64,000 nucleotides of DNA from a virus, in the IMG/VR virus record IMGVR_UViG_3300037805_000894; one strand, written 5' to 3'. A program made the position numbers and the translations under genes. Under the pieces are notes generated by a model, which worked only from the letters and a program-made list of their open reading frames with translations, was not told the DNA's origin and did not search any database. How positions within the stretch are numbered: the stretch's first letter is position 1; every line of letters starts with the position of its first letter. This document shows positions 45,653-58,500 of the stretch, one piece after another.

Positions 45653-48430
45653 GTGGCTATTAATTTATTAAATATAGAAGACTATATTATACAACGTATA
45701 AAGGAGGTAGCTCCGGACGTAAATACTGAGCCAGGCAGCGCTATACGCGATCTCTTGGTTTCTCCCATGATTACAATTCTACAGCCTTTAGCTAACGAAG
45801 TGCATCGTGTTAAAAAATCACAAAGTCTTTTAAACGCCACTGATTTATCAGATGAAGATATTGATGCTATTTTAGCTAATATATTTATTGATAGAAATGT
45901 AGGCAGTAAAGCCCGAGGTATAGCTACTATTATTCTGCGGCAGCCTCAACGCGTTTATGTGCCGCAAGGAACTGTTTTTACAGGTGTGGGCGGGTTAAAG
46001 TACTATAGCACACAGTCGGTGGATAAAGGTCCAGCAGCTTTTACTGTTAATTTTGTAACGGGCCGCTACGAAGTAGATGTACCTGTAGAAGCTTCTAATG
46101 CAGGAAGTGTTTATAATATAAACGCGGGAGAAATTACAGGTGTTGTCCTGAGCGACTCTAATGTACTCAGCGCTGTCTGTAAAGAAAGTTTTGTTGGTGG
46201 AGAAGTGCGGGAAAGTAGTGAAGCTTTGTTAGATAGAGCTAAAAGTAGCTTAGGGTCCAGAGACCTTTCGACAAAGCGAGGAGCTGTTGACATATTAAAG
46301 AGTACTTTTCCTGAGATACTTTCTGTTAATGTTGTAGGTTTCGGAAACGATGAAATGCTGCGCGATATAATTTATGCTCCAAGTTTAAGTATAGACGGGA
46401 TAGCATATCCTGAATCCGAAGGAGTTCATTTAGGCGGAAAGATAGATATTTATAGTACAATAGGCTTAACAGAGCACGAAGTTGAAATAGCGAATCTTTC
46501 TGATATCTCGACTTTCGGCTTAAACCGCATAGGCTTATATACGGAAGGAGATAATCCAAATATTCTTTATGAAGGAAGCTCTAGCGAATGTGGTGTAACA
46601 GAAAAACCGTTAATGGAGATAAAGTCCGTTGAAATAGCTCAATCGTCGAAAGATGCTATTCCAGGCTTAAGCACAGTTTTTTTGCGCGAAGACTTTGATT
46701 ATACCTTTATTACACCTTCTCCTGGTCTAAATAATAGTATGGAAACCACACGAGAGCTGAGGTTTATTAGAGGCACAGGTACTATTCATGCTTCTTCAGT
46801 TAATAAATTTAGTTTAGATGATCTAGGCGCTATTAGTTTTTCGTTAGACAAAAATGATCAACTCTATGTTAGAAGCTCCAATAGCTCACAAGCCTTACTA
46901 ATAATTGGTGTAGATGAGAGTGAAATCGACAGCTTAAAATTATTTAAGCATGATTTTGGGTCTACAGACGGAGGTTCGTCTCTCTTTATCACTCCCTCGC
47001 AAAAGCTTGTTAGTAGTGATAGCGAAGACCCTAGCAGTCCCTTAATGAGAGGTGTACATGTTATCGCAGGCGGCAATTATTTACCCAATCTTTTATTAAA
47101 CTCTACTAAAGGCTTTAGCATTACTGGTTGGTTTAATTTGGCTTCTTTGCCTGCCGTTGGCAGCAAACACACACTCTTTAATACATTTACGGATATAGGT
47201 CAAGACCCTTTACTGCCTGACTATAGGGATGTTTTAGATATATACGTAGATTCTGATGGCTATATTAATTATAACACCATAAGTAACGGGTATGCGCAAG
47301 AGAATAAGACAAAAACACCTATCTTTAAAGATTATGTAGACGCAGATATGTCAGAGGCTAATTGGGTATTTATAAGTTTTATTTATGATATAATTCGGGA
47401 TAAAAAAATAATATATTTTTCTAACATACAGAATACAGATATTTATGAAGTGCCTCTTGATTATGCTACTTTTTCATTAGCGCCTATACATAATTCGACA
47501 ATGGTGGCTTCTATCAGTATAGGTACGGGTTTAAATAGTGAAACAAGCGCAACGACTATTTATAATGGTTTAATAGATGGGCTTCAGTTCTATGGAACGC
47601 CTCTTTCTTTCGTCGAAAATCAAACAATCAAAAAAAATCAAGGCTCTTTAAATACTTATGGTTTAGAGGATTCTGCTTTATGTAATATTCCAGAAGCGCT
47701 CGAGGCTATTTTTGATCAGTATCCAGGTTACGGTTTATTAGGAGGTCAAATTCTAATGCTTACGGGAGGAGCAGCTGGTAATGTATTTGCTGTCACAGAC
47801 TGCGTAACCCCCTTTATTAACGATGGAAGGGCGCTTGATATAACAATAACAGGGACAGGCTCTTGCCCAGTTACAAAAATAAAAGATGATGACAGATATG
47901 CCTTTCTTCCGGCTCCGCTTTATATAAATAACCAAAAGCTTACAACTAATTTATTGGGCGATATAGAATACGGAAATACCTTAACAACTGAAGGAGAAAT
48001 TCCTATAGGTGTGGGTGTAAAAATTATTTATGACGCAGCAAAGGACATAAGTGATATACAAGATTTTATTAACTTAAATGACACAAGGCCAGCAAATGCT
48101 GATATCCTCGCTAAACACACAGCGCCTATTTATGTAAGTGGTAGTATAGATATAGCCACGGATCAACTTATCTCATCTGAAGAGTTAAAAGAAGAAGTTA
48201 ATAGATATATATATTCTATAGGCACTGGAGGTGCCTTCTCTATAGTAGCCCTTATTAATCATTTATTCGAGGCTAATATAAAAGGATTACGCTTGCCTCT
48301 TGATGAATTGGTCTTCACCTCAAGAGACATTTATTTTAAGCGTGTAGTTATCGAAGGCATCGAAGATGAAGTACAGGCGGGTAATTCACAGTACTTTGTC
48401 ATGGCTGATTTAGTTATCAACGTTCTATAG
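45653..48430 (+). CDS. Baseplate J-like wedge protein with an inserted LamG/concanavalin-like domain
   Basis: PGSAIRDLL, VPQGTVF, GSVYNINAGEIT, GGEVRESSEALLDR (baseplate J); FSITGWFN...WVFISFIYD...YNGLIDGLQFYGTPLS (LamG-like). Confidence 0.85.
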   Translation: MAINLLNIEDYIIQRIKEVAPDVNTEPGSAIRDLLVSPMITILQPLANEVHRVKKSQSLLNATDLSDEDIDAILANIFIDRNVGSKARGIATIILRQPQRVYVPQGTVFTGVGGLKYYSTQSVDKGPAAFTVNFVTGRYEVDVPVEASNAGSVYNINAGEITGVVLSDSNVLSAVCKESFVGGEVRESSEALLDRAKSSLGSRDLSTKRGAVDILKSTFPEILSVNVVGFGNDEMLRDIIYAPSLSIDGIAYPESEGVHLGGKIDIYSTIGLTEHEVEIANLSDISTFGLNRIGLYTEGDNPNILYEGSSSECGVTEKPLMEIKSVEIAQSSKDAIPGLSTVFLREDFDYTFITPSPGLNNSMETTRELRFIRGTGTIHASSVNKFSLDDLGAISFSLDKNDQLYVRSSNSSQALLIIGVDESEIDSLKLFKHDFGSTDGGSSLFITPSQKLVSSDSEDPSSPLMRGVHVIAGGNYLPNLLLNSTKGFSITGWFNLASLPAVGSKHTLFNTFTDIGQDPLLPDYRDVLDIYVDSDGYINYNTISNGYAQENKTKTPIFKDYVDADMSEANWVFISFIYDIIRDKKIIYFSNIQNTDIYEVPLDYATFSLAPIHNSTMVASISIGTGLNSETSATTIYNGLIDGLQFYGTPLSFVENQTIKKNQGSLNTYGLEDSALCNIPEALEAIFDQYPGYGLLGGQILMLTGGAAGNVFAVTDCVTPFINDGRALDITITGTGSCPVTKIKDDDRYAFLPAPLYINNQKLTTNLLGDIEYGNTLTTEGEIPIGVGVKIIYDAAKDISDIQDFINLNDTRPANADILAKHTAPIYVSGSIDIATDQLISSEELKEEVNRYIYSIGTGGAFSIVALINHLFEANIKGLRLPLDELVFTSRDIYFKRVVIEGIEDEVQAGNSQYFVMADLVINVL

Positions 48431-49454
48431 TTGTTATAGGTAAAAAGTAAGAAGCTGCGAGTAATCTTACCATCTCGTTTTTGCTCGTACTGGCTATTCT
48501 TTTGAACTGGTTTTGCGTAAGCTTGCTCCTTTTAAATTTACTGTAAGCTTTAACTGACTTTCTAGTTAGCCTTATAGCCCCTCCTTGCTGAAAAGCCTCA
48601 CATAAACATTTAAGATCCATCAGCTCAAAATGCTCCCCACAAGCGCGTAGTGCTATTTTATTATTAATAAAGTCAATAATGGACACTCTTTTGTCTCTAC
48701 TGATAAAAGGTATTATTTGAGGGTAGAGTAAAGCAGCTACTACCGTTGGACCTACAATCTGCATATACCACGCGAACTTCTGAGGCGCTGTTACATAAAC
48801 ATAAGGCCCGAAGCAGTTTACAGCAAGCTGTTCATTTTCAGTATGGAAAGGCACCAAAATATTAGACAGTATATTTATAAAGTAAGTGTGCGATCTATAA
48901 ACCTGCCTTGTATACTCATCAGGGCGCTCCTTATAATAAACTGTTTCTTTAAGCACTTTAGATTGTATACATTTTGTCGGTTCTTCTAGAGGAGTGTAAG
49001 TAAATATATCAGGAGTATTCATGTTGCAAACAGCTATAGAGCCTAAACGAGCTCTATGTTTCAGAAAACGCACGCATAGTTTCACATGTTCTATATATTG
49101 TGTTGGTACTTCATCATAGTCAATCTTAGACAGCACACTTTCGATAGATGTCACTGCTACGCTTAAACTATTAAAAGGGTTAGCTGTTCCCTTGCAGGTA
49201 TCTAATAGAGTAATATAGTCTTCCAAAGACACAGCGGGAGAACCGCCTACGCCTATCGTAATTTCTTCAAGCGTCGTAGCTCGTAGAACTAAAGCGTTAG
49301 TTATTCTTATACACTTCTGCGCCTTTGGTATTAAAGATGCAAGGGTTTTTAAAGAGTCATCGAAAAGCTGTTGATTATCTGTACGCAATAAAAAGTTTAT
49401 ATCTTTATTAATGTTCCACCGATACAGATTCTTCTTTTTAGTTACTGTTTCCAT
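48417..49454 (-). CDS. Hypothetical protein, inverted within the baseplate cluster
   Basis: 345-aa ORF; TGGCATAAT lies 5 nt before the ATG; no motif recognised. Confidence 0.55.
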   Translation of the reverse strand: METVTKKKNLYRWNINKDINFLLRTDNQQLFDDSLKTLASLIPKAQKCIRITNALVLRATTLEEITIGVGGSPAVSLEDYITLLDTCKGTANPFNSLSVAVTSIESVLSKIDYDEVPTQYIEHVKLCVRFLKHRARLGSIAVCNMNTPDIFTYTPLEEPTKCIQSKVLKETVYYKERPDEYTRQVYRSHTYFINILSNILVPFHTENEQLAVNCFGPYVYVTAPQKFAWYMQIVGPTVVAALLYPQIIPFISRDKRVSIIDFINNKIALRACGEHFELMDLKCLCEAFQQGGAIRLTRKSVKAYSKFKRSKLTQNQFKRIASTSKNEMVRLLAASYFLPITTIER

Positions 49455-49510
49455 ATGATATTATGCCATGACTTTCTAAGTATTTATGTAATTGCTATAA
49501 TAAATGTAGA

Positions 49511-52500
49511 ATGGCTAATTCTGAACTTACAACGACCTTTTTGCCTCCGCTAGTTGAGCACGCAGAGCGCCTATATTATGGCATTGATGGAGAGAAATAT
49601 AACTTTAACGGCATAGAAGATACAGAGACTTTTGATGAGTATTTAGAAAAATATATACGTCCTTATGCTGAACATCTAGCATGGGTAGATGGTGTGACGT
49701 CCGTTCGCCTACCTATGTCATGGAATGTGTGGGAGTATGATTACACCGAAGGGAACGCCATTGACGGCGTAACCGTCAATGAAGACAGGCTATATAGAAA
49801 AAGATTGGCGGAAATTCTCAGAATCTTAGCCGAAACTAACTTAAAAGTAGTACCTGTTCTGTGGTCCGGGCATACTAATTTATCAGGTTATTTTTATCCA
49901 TTAAGCATATTATCTAAGTGCGAATTTGAAGGTATTAGATACGAAGCCGCAGTAGATAGAGAGCTGTTTGAATGGACAAATGGTTTAGATGTAATAGTAA
50001 CGGATAGAGATTTTGATAGCCTCTCTTATACATATTGGACAGGTTCTGCCATTACAATCTCAAGTGATACACAAACACACTGGGGTCAAAATAACCCAAG
50101 CACAAATAATGTTGCTGTTATAGATAATACAGATGCTACATATGATTATATTGCAGGGGAAGCACCTTTTATATCTCCTTTATTTTTGAATTCTCTTAAA
50201 TTACCTTCAGAAGTACCGGCACAATTTTTATTTAACGTACGTGCAGACCAAGACACAGAGCTTGAATGTATTATTTCGACTATAGGCGAATCTGGATTAA
50301 GTTATTACTGGACAGGAAAATATTGGAGCCTTGAAGATGATGGCATTATCCCTTCTGTTTTAATTGCAGTTAATACCTCTATGAGACAGCAGAGGGGTGT
50401 ATGGTTTGAAACATCTGGAGATTCACTTACTGGCAACTATACTTTAAAGATAAAGCCAGCAGATGAAAATCGTAAGATTGCTTTTAATAAAATAGGTTTA
50501 TATTTATGTGGGAGTGAGCCAGACATACGTAATTATTTCTGTCCTAGAAATACTAGTGAAGATGATTACGCTTTGCCTATTGACATGATCAAGAGCTCTA
50601 ATGGGTATAGGGGTCAGTTAACAATCAATGAAGAAATCGTTCCCCCTTTTGAATCCTATAGAAATGCAGTTACCTTACCCAATCCAGGTTCTTATCGTAT
50701 TAATAATTACGAAGCCTTTTTCTCATCTACCTATGAAGATGTAGCGATAACAGGATTAAATAATTTGGATATAAATGGGGCTTCTTATTATATAACTGAT
50801 ATTTTAGAAACCCTAGGGAATGCTATAACAGAGCATAACTTGACTGTAGAAGCTATTGATATATTTGAATATCCTTTTGCTATAAACAGGCCGCTATTTT
50901 CAGATAGAGAATCTGCCTGTCTAATTAATTTCATACAAAAAACAGCAGATGAGGTAAAAAATCATGCGTCTTATGTAGGAACACCTTTAATGCTTTCTGG
51001 CAAATCACCAGAAGTTTTTAGTGGACGGTTTTGTCAAGTAAAAGATAATGGTCCTACATTAAAACCTTTCACATGGCTAAAACATAGAAAACATCCTGTA
51101 ACGCATGCCAGTCAGTATGGAATGGATACTGGTAGTGGTTTAGCAGAATATAACGTATTTTATCCTGATAGTAATGAGTCTTCTCCTCTTGTCACTGATT
51201 TTGAATTAGGGGATTACCAATCTATCAATTTTAAAAGTTTAGAAAACAGTAATACAGCGTACAATTTAAAATTTTGGGATGTACCCGATAAAGAAGTTAT
51301 ATCGGTCGCAAGCCCGTCTGGCATTCCGTACGAAACCCAGCATCATCTAAAGCATAATTGGGAAGAAGGTTTATTAGATGACATTAGTGCTATAGGATTG
51401 TATTGTGGTTATGATTCTTCATATAATGTAAGCGAACTGCCTTATCCTATTTCAGCTCTTTCAAGCATAGGCTATGCAAACAAATGGACTAATACACCTA
51501 CCATTATTTCTGCTTTAGAAGTAGGTTGCATAGAAAAAGAGGATTACTTCGCTAGGGACGTATGGTTCTTTAGAGAGCATTGGAATGCCTACTATACAAA
51601 TGAAGGAAGTACAGCTACAGAAGGTTTTTACGTAAATCCTGTTTCTTCTTTTACAAACCAAGAATACATTCCTATACATATAGGTGATCCTCTTAAAAAA
51701 GGCTATATAATATATGATACTAATAGAAAACTTTTTGCGTATAATACCGAAAAAATCGATGATGTCTTGATAGAGAAGAGTTATGAATACCTAAATTTTA
51801 TAGAATATAATCTAGTGGCCGGAGGAGCTCGTGTATACCCCTCTCATATCTCATTGCCTTTACAATTCGAAGCTAACAAAACATTTATTTTTGGAGGCAT
51901 CCCTTTAGATACGACTGCTTTTGATAATGACCCTTCTACAAGTTTAGTAAAACGCTCTATTGCAAATATACAAGGCAATACTCTTGATTTAGTGTGGTCG
52001 CCCAAGGATGTAAAAACAAACGCTGAGTACGCTATTGATAATACAGATACAGTAATAACAGTATTTAGTTTCGACGCCGTTGAGGGTTCTTTAGGTTTAC
52101 TGACAAAAGATTCTTCCTTTGAAGTAACGTTGAAAGAGGGAGAGATAAGAATACTAAAAAGAGAAAGCAAGGAAGCTTTACAACAACGTGTTGAAGGAGA
52201 TTGGGATCACATGTGGGCTATGCTTCCAGATTTTTGGACAACGCACTTTGAAGACTTGCCAGCTATTTCAGAGATGTGGGGAGGCTTAGCGGATGTTGCT
52301 TCAAATATGCTATCTAACCTATATCAATATGATTTAGCAAAAAGTATCCAGTTGGCTCCGCCAGAGATCATCGCAAGTAATGAGACTCTTCCAATTACAG
52401 ATGCCTCTTATCTATCTACCTCATCTTATGATTTCTTTAATGGCGTAGACACTTCGGCTCAATTTATGATAGCAGATTCTGTAAAGTCTATCCCTTTATT

Positions 52501-55500
52501 GCAGAAAAAGGTAAACGAAGAGGGCGATATATTTAAAGAGAACGAAGACTATGAAATAAAAGATGGTAAGTTATACTTTAAAGATAATGTTATCTCTACG
52601 TCTAGCACATCAGTTCTATTCGCTCCATGGATTTCATATGACGAGTCCATTATCTATCAAAATTTCGGTGTTTTCTTAGATTTCAAGAAGCCAGAGTCTA
52701 TGCAGTATAAAGAAGCTGTCATGGCAGGCTTATATGGTCTATGGAATGGACATACCTTAAATGTCTTTAAGTTAATATGTGATGCTATTGCAGGGTTCCC
52801 TTTAATTCCTTACAGAGGACGAGTTAAATTTATTAATAATACTAATACATTATTGTCTTTAATTATAGAAGATCAATTTGGTAATGAACGTACTATTGAA
52901 ATACCGGCAGTTTTCGCTCCTTCCACAGAGAGACCTATTATTGTTAGAACAGGTTTAACCTCTCAAGTTACAGTAACTAACGCTAAAGAATTAATGAATC
53001 TAAACTTATTTTCATTAGCACCTGCCTCTAACGCCTTTGACGTTTATGATCGCAAAACAAAACCAGAAAAGATTGAATCACTAGCCAAGGTTTTAAGGAA
53101 ACAACGCATAGGTCTTTATAATACTACGATCGGCGAGTTAGATGCTAATAGCATAGATAAAGTAGGTGAGCTATATGAAAAACTCGGTTGGGGCTCTAGG
53201 AATGAAATGTACGATGATCTTTTTCATATTATAGAACAAGTCAGAGGGCAGTATCATCTTTTCCAATTTCTTATAGCGCAACGACCTATCGAAGAAGCTC
53301 TTATAAAAGAGAAAAAACCAGATATGGCTGTTACGTTACATGTGGAGCCTACCTTTGATCACAATATGTATAATTACATGCATTCAGGAAGCGACTGGGT
53401 TTTAAAAGAAAGACAAGAGAGTGCGCTGCATGTAGCTCCTAATTTAGAGATAACAAAAGAAGGCGCAGAAAGAAATAAATTCAATCCTAATGAAGCACGT
53501 ACACAAGGACAGACATATAAGAAAATTAATACAGATGAGCTGATAGAAGACAAGGATACAGTCTATGCATCTTTAGGTGGAAAAGGTTTAGAAGATGGTT
53601 CTAAATCTGGGTGGACTTTAGGTTTTGATAGGATTAAGGCAGCGGCTGGGCGAGTTTTTAAATTCTTCCCCTCTTTTAATAAAGCGTCACAAGATATACA
53701 CGCTTCTGGCTGGGGGAATTTCATATATGATATACCTGAACAACGGAACATAGGTATTGAGCCTATGACAACGTGGGAATCAGATCGATCAGGGCTTAGT
53801 CTTTTTAATCATTATGGTACCTCTGGAAATGGAGAATGGTACGCCTCTTTACATAGAAAAACCTCCGATTTTATCACTGGGTTTGAGCAACACTTTGAGT
53901 ACCCACAAAAAGATGACGATGTAATGCCTCTCCAAATACGAACAAAATTAGGCAGTGATGCAGAAGGAACCACGGTCTCTATATCAGAGGGGCTAACAGT
54001 TTTAACACGTGTGCGACCTAGACACAAAGGTATTCTTTTTGAATTATCAGGTGAAATAGGGTATGAAACTGAGCCGACCATTTATACAGGCGCTTGCTGT
54101 ATACCGATAGGAGGTGCCGTCTGCGCTCCTTGTAGTCCTCCCATAGGCGGAGACCATATTGGAATCACTGGGTGCGACGAAAATGGTTATACCTGTGTAG
54201 ACACTCCTCCCTTCATATACTTCAACGGACCTAAAAATTGGTGTGCAGCTCAAAACGGCTCCTTTTTAGGGAACGGAAGCATTGCAGCTAATAATACATC
54301 ATGTGACGTTACAACGGCAAAATGTTGTGGGGATGATAGAGTTAACTTTAATCATTCTGGCAAACATTGTAATCAACCCTATGGCCATTGCTCCGATCCA
54401 CATCCTTGTAATGAGTGGTACCAGGAGTATTGTGAGTGCAGGACAGGCGTTTTCATTGCTAACGAAGATTGTTTCCCTGCGCATAACTGTGTTAGTCCTG
54501 TAGCTCCAGGTCCTTGCTGTGGCGAGGTAGAAGAAGAAGAAGAAGAACAGCCGCCTAAGGTAGGCAATACGCCAGATCATATAAACGAAGGGGGCGGTGT
54601 GGACGCAAACGAAACAATAAGTGTCTACTGGACAGATGAGCAAGGTACTGAAATAAGTAGTGGAGCTTTTACGGTAGGAAAAACCTATACGCTTGCCATA
54701 CAATATGAGTTAATCGATGAAGGTGTTGCCCTTCCCGAGCAAGGTATTTCAGGCTTTATCGCCCTAGACAGCCTGTTTAATCTAAACCTCCCTGATACGG
54801 AGGCGGGTCAACCGGGTGTCTCTTTTACATTTAATAACGTGGGAGATCTTTCAGCTACTCCTTTAACTTTTACCCCACAAACAGGTCTATCGTCTTACGT
54901 GAACACAATTACTCTAGTTGATAGTGATGGCGTCAAGATAAATTCGGAGGTGCTTACATATAATGAAATCCCCATTAATTTGAATATAACATTAAATTCA
55001 GCTGATATCACACCTTCAGTAGATAACATCTCCCTGGGTTCTTTAATTGAAGGGGGTGATATTGAGAGTACTGTTTTCACTGTTGATAACACAGGGACGG
55101 CTCAAGGATCTTTTACAATAGATGATAGCGCCTTAAGTGCTTTTACTCTAGTAGCTTATGGGGGAGAAACAACCTTGGATGAGTCAGGTGGATTGAATTC
55201 CTCGGCTACCTACACGATAGAATTTGATCCTTTCACTAAAGAAGGTCCTTATTCTGAAGTATTAACTATAAATGCTGAAGGAGACACCCCTGTGTCTCAT
55301 ATATATTTATCCGCTAATGTCTCTGCATCCAATTATGTACTTATTATCAATGGAGGGAATGATTTAATTGTAGATGTAGAAGAGAATACGACAACGGATT
55401 TCCCTTTTAATATACAAAACTCAAATACTTCGGATGGCGTTGTTTCTTTTACTTTTGATATAAGAAACTTCGAGAACCCTTTTGGGCACTATGGCGAATC

Positions 55501-58500
55501 AGAACTAATGCTTTATCAAGGCGCGACGCCTTGGGATCATACAGTGTCCCAGGCTTTAGCAATAGGTGAGACACTATCTCTAACTCTAAAAGCAGTCTTT
55601 GGGGAAATCACAGCTAATAGTACTTTTAGCTTGCGCTTAGCCGCCACAACCACAAATGGAGACTTAGGAGATCTAGGCACGCAGCTTATTCAAACAAGTG
55701 TACAAGATATTACACCTCAACTAAGTCTTAGAACAAATTCCAGTGCATATTATGCAGATTTAAACGAGACTAGAGAAATATGGGAATCATTCGAGATTAC
55801 AAACGAAGGTTTATTTGACGCTACGGTTACTTTAGAAGCTGAACCTCCTGGCAGGCCTGCATGGGCAGCAGATTGGCATGATGTTAATCAGGTTATATTA
55901 ACAGATACTTATACATTGCTTCCGGGGGAAACTATCTACTGTGTAGGTAAATTTACACCTGCAGATGACCCCAATCTATCTACTATTGGAGATCAGCAAA
56001 TCTACAATGTCTCTATTCTCTCTGATACAAATCTAGCTGATTTTACTGTAGCATGGGGCGGAGAAGTTACAACTGATCCTAGAGCTATACTTAATATAAG
56101 TCCTTCAGCGATAGACAGATATACCTTTATAGGTTTAGGGAATGAATATTTTAGGCAAAACATAGTAGGCGATAACACATTTAGCTACGCTACTGATGAT
56201 ATAACATTTGATAATGATAGTATAGGTGACGCGGGCAACATAGATGTGTATGGTGATATATCAATTGTAGATACACAAAACGAATTAACATTAAATGGTA
56301 GTGCTGCTATATCTTTAGCAGATGAAAATATATCTGATACACGTACATTTACTTTTGTGCCTATTAACAATTACAGCGTGGATACCTTACCCACTAGCTT
56401 GTTTGAGATAATAAATGTAGGAACAGGCCACCTAACAGCCGATGGTCCTTTTATATCCCCGGACAACGTACCTTTTTTAATTAATCCTGTTTGGGGTCCG
56501 GTATTAAGTATCCACAGTCCGGATTTAAATACTTTCACTGTTGCGGAAACTGATCCTCCTACAAAGAGCGCAGCTCATAAAAAAGATACAGCAAAACGTG
56601 TTATTCAGGATACATTTAATCTAGGCACTATTGCCTCTAATGCAGGTACTGTTGATAAAACGTTTTCTATTATAAATACAGGCGGAGGGGCTTTGTCGGG
56701 TACTGTTACCCTGGATAGTAGCGCACAAAACCTTACAATTCTTAGTGGAGGGGCTTTTACTGACTTAGAAAACGGCGCTTCTGCGCATGACGTAACAATT
56801 CGATTGACTGTTCCAGCAGAAAATACGACTCTGCTGGAGGGGGTTAATATTACCTGCACTACGGGAGAAGAGGGTTATAAGCGAGGTGTTGTTACCATAC
56901 AAGCTACTATTGAGCCCTTGGTCGAGAGTCTTATTTGGGAGAAGTACCCTTCTTTTGGAGGTACTAGAGAGGAACCTGAGTCAGTTATCACTACCACTAA
57001 TACATTAAGAAACATAGGCAATGTAGATATTGCATATAACATAACAATAGGCCAAAATAGCCTAGATTTTGGTGTAGCTGCTTCTTCCCCCATTTCAGGT
57101 ACGCTAATACCTGACGCCACACAAGTTATAGACTTTGAAGGGCTCGCCCCCGCCAATGACACAGAAGCTTCGGTGAACTATACGGCAGAGGTAGATCATG
57201 GCTTTAACGCTGAGGGTAAACATATTACTACTTTCACTACCCTTGTCAAGCCAGCTGGTTATTCTTTTACTATAACTAACGTACCTTCAATAGGGAACGC
57301 AGGGGCGGCTAGATTAGGCTATACTTTTCCAAATATACAGACAGGAACCTTAATCAATACAGGACAAAAAACCATATGGGCACACTTAGACTCATATGAC
57401 CCTGAATCTCACAATGTAGCTGTCTCACCTTCGGCGGCTGATTACCTACCAAATGGGCATGTAGAAGTGGTAGTTGGGGCTTCTCTTGTATTTACGACTG
57501 ATTATATCCCTAAACATATACCTATTGGTGACGCACGAAGCCGTGTTCATGCGTCTTTATACACTCAAGATAATAGTAACTTACTAAATTCCGCACAGCA
57601 CACATATGTAGCAGGGGGGCGTATTATTACAGATTTCCCTAAGCTAGTTTTAAAGAACGAAGGCTCTTACTATGCGGAAAACACACCAGACCCTGATGCC
57701 TTTAATATTTTTAATGTAGAGCCTGGTTGGACGTATAGCCAAGATCCTATAGACCCTAATTATAGAATTATTCTATTAAAAAATAATCCCATAGAATGGG
57801 CTATAGCAAACACTATCAAGTTTACAGCAATAGATATACATAATAACGTAAATAATGAGGCTGTTTGGTTTTTATCCAGTACTGAGATATCAGACACTTA
57901 TTACACTAAAACAGCTTTACATACTGAACCATGGTACAGCGGAGAGCCTAGTTATGACTTACCTGTATCTTATTCAATGATAAGGCCAAAGATAGATGCT
58001 ACAGCTACTGGTATCCAGTGGTTTTATCTAGAAGACACCAATGCTGCTTTACTTAATACGGATTTAAGGCATATTAATTTTCATAGGCCCGGTATTTATA
58101 GACTGCGCACCGGCAACAATACGGGTCCGGGGGATATGGCAAAAGAAGCTTTCCGCTTACATGATATTTTTGATGCACTGGTCCATAATTTTGATATAAA
58201 TAATCCTTCGACTCATCTACACCATTACACTGGTACAGTGGTTATTAAAAGACGCGAGATTGGGGGTCCTTCCGAATACCGCATTACAGGGCGCTTAGTA
58301 GATGCAGCTGGCACGGTTAAAGACCCTGTATGTGATGGCGGAACATATTATATACCGATTAAAATGAAAAATACTGGGGCAGCTTACCCACTAAGAATAG
58401 TAGACAATAGATATAATGTAGAAGTATATGGAAGCACTGCTGCTACTTCATTCTATCCCTGCATTATTACAGAACTGCCTAATACACCCACCGAGAGGTT

